A DNA stretch of 64,000 bases, from positions 3,985 to 67,984 of the forward strand of contig JBDNJK010000116.1 in assembly GCA_041687805.1 (NCBI GenBank). Reading direction: 5' to 3'. Made by a program: the position numbers and the translations under genes. Numbering within the stretch: the first letter of the stretch is position 1; each line of letters starts with the position of its first letter. This document shows, one piece after another, positions 62,495 to 64,000 of the stretch. Source of the stretch: Acidimicrobiales bacterium. GTDB taxonomy: Bacteria; Actinomycetota; Acidimicrobiia; Acidimicrobiales; Aldehydirespiratoraceae. The notes beneath the pieces were generated by a model, which was not told the origin of the DNA, searched no databases, and saw nothing but the letters and a program-made list of their open reading frames with translations.

Positions 62495-63792
62495 GGCGCC
62501 ACCTGGCGCGGCTCGACCAATCGAACCGTGGCAATTCTCAGTCGGTCCATCGCAACGACTTCGATACGCCACCCGTCGACAATACAGATATCACCGGTCT
62601 CGGGAATTCGACCCAGACGATCGAGGACCAGTCCGGCGAGCGTCTCGTATTCACCGTCTGGCATTTCGAAACCAACCAGATCGACCACCTCATCGTGGTG
62701 CAGCGACGCCGGAATGATCGTCGATCCTTTGGATTCGACTCTGGTGAGCGACGCAGGCGCATCATCGTGTTCATCGTCGATTTCACCAACGATCTCCTCC
62801 AGAATGTCTTCAAGGGTGATGATTCCCGCAGTGCCACCGTGCTCATCGACCACAACGGCCAACTGCCCGCCGCGCTCGCGAAGTTCGACAAGCAACTCGT
62901 CGAGATCCTTGGTTTCCGGAACCGCCAGGACCAGCGCCATCACACTCTCAACACTTGTGGACCTTCGTTGATCAACCGGCACGGCATGAACCGACTTGAC
63001 GTGAACGACGCCGACAATCGAATCGAGATCGCCCGTGGTGACCGGAAATCGGCTGTGGCCGGTTCGAACGGCTACATCGACAAGGTCGTCGATCGTGGAA
63101 TCACAGCTGATCGAAAGGACCTGAACCCGCGGCACCATCGCGTCGTCGGCAGATTTGTCGGCCAGTCGGATCGAACGCGTCAGCAGCTGAACCTCGCCGG
63201 CATCAAGCGTGCCCTCCTCCCCGGAAGACCGGATCAGCTGCTCGAGTTCGACTCGATCACGAGCAGACTCGGAGTCATCGGAGATTTCGAAGCCGATCGC
63301 ACGCGAAATGCGGGCAGCCATACCGTCGAGAACTGCCACCAGCGGACGTGCCACCTTTCCGTATACAGCCGTCGGCCGCGACAGCGCCACAGCCATCGAG
63401 AACGGGCTGCTGGTGGCCATCGCCTTCGGTACCAACTCGCCAAATACCATCTGGACCACTGTCGCTATGGAAAACCCGATGACGATAGCCACACCCGCGC
63501 TCGACGATCCGAGCACGCCATTTAGTGCAGGGTCGATCAAATCGGCGACCACCGGCTCTGCAATGAAGCCCAACAACAGCGACGTGACTGTGATGCCCAA
63601 CTGGGCACCCGACAGGTGGTACGACAGGTGATCGAGTAGCCGCTGCACCCTCTTCGCACCGCGATCTCCCGAACCGGCGCGTTCGTCTACCCGAGTCCGG
63701 TCGACCGCAACCAACGCAAACTCGGCAGCGACGAAGGTGGCGTTGGCAGCAACCAGTGCCACTACTGCCAAAAGCCTCAATGCGGTATCTAT
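62491..63792 (-). CDS. CNNM/DUF21-CBS-CorC hemolysin-family membrane protein; start ATA 63792 or TTG 63780
   Basis: FVAAEF, QLGIT, GELVPK, GHSRFPV, DEHGGTAG..TLED..EE.VGEI.DE, YETLAG. Confidence 0.92.
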   Translation of the reverse strand: MDTALRLLAVVALVAANATFVAAEFALVAVDRTRVDERAGSGDRGAKRVQRLLDHLSYHLSGAQLGITVTSLLLGFIAEPVVADLIDPALNGVLGSSSAGVAIVIGFSIATVVQMVFGELVPKAMATSSPFSMAVALSRPTAVYGKVARPLVAVLDGMAARISRAIGFEISDDSESARDRVELEQLIRSSGEEGTLDAGEVQLLTRSIRLADKSADDAMVPRVQVLSISCDSTIDDLVDVAVRTGHSRFPVTTGDLDSIVGVVHVKSVHAVPVDQRRSTSVESVMALVLAVPETKDLDELLVELRERGGQLAVVVDEHGGTAGIITLEDILEEIVGEIDDEHDDAPASLTRVESKGSTIIPASLHHDEVVDLVGFEMPDGEYETLAGLVLDRLGRIPETGDICIVDGWRIEVVAMDRLRIATVRLVEPRQVAP

Positions 63793-63842
63793 CGATCCTC
63801 CTCGATCTGTGCGGTACGCGAATGTAGCCCTAGGTTGTACGA

Positions 63843-64000
63843 ATGCCTGAGACAGTCGGCGATGATCCGGCGTCGAACCCCCACATTAGAAGCCGTTTCG
63901 AGCGACCCAGAGCAGCCATCAATCCCGATCAGTCGCTCGGCTGGATCCGTCGCGTTTGGCCGATAGTCAAATCCCACAAGCGTCTCTTCTACGGCTCGAT
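63843..64000 (+). CDS. 5' end of a CDS running off the window, possibly an ABC exporter (not in ORF track)
   Basis: Open frame MPETVGDDPASNPHIRSRFERPRAAINPDQSLGWIRRVWPIVKSHKRLFYGS; TAGGTT 6 nt before ATG; resembles the elbow helix of fused ABC exporters. Confidence 0.5.
   Translation, partial: MPETVGDDPASNPHIRSRFERPRAAINPDQSLGWIRRVWPIVKSHKRLFYGS

Noticed and set aside
63789..63977. 62-aa minus-strand ORF, or a possible structural RNA at the window end
   Set aside because: Better explained by the plus-strand CDS from 63843 and the promoter region; no tRNA or tmRNA features

Overview
This is a densely packed, high-GC core-genome region of an actinobacterium, most likely class Acidimicrobiia, judging from gene order and protein features (mihF, MshC-like ligase, pgsA-patA-pimA, DUF948 pair, InhA-type FabI). 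Almost all genes are on the minus strand and follow the conserved actinobacterial run thrS-HIT-pgsA-patA-pimA-lemA...pdxST-yebC-ruvCAB-queA-tgt-yajC-secDF-apt-rel-hisS-aspS-rarA-alaS-ruvX-mltG-aroE...aroKBQ-pepP-efp-nusB-pyrRBC-carAB-pyrDF-mihF-gmk-rpoZ-coaBC-metK-priA...def-fmt-rsmB. I found no rRNA, tRNA, CRISPR array, IS element or prophage, and no clearly new multi-gene system. The best leads are small-scale: (1) a lemA operon whose HtpX/M48 partner has lost its catalytic residues and is coupled to a DUF3048 surface protein; (2) a probable CTG start of priA overlapping the metK stop, and a probable ATA start of a CNNM gene; (3) loss of structural zinc-binding cysteines in both PriA and TGT; (4) a PyrR-binding RNA hairpin plus an SD-occluding hairpin in the pyrR leader; (5) a DUF4388-prepilin peptidase pair where aroC normally sits; (6) widespread leaderless-type promoters, including back-to-back divergent ones. 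All product calls come from motif recognition by eye, with no database searches, and many start codons were moved from the supplied ORF track.
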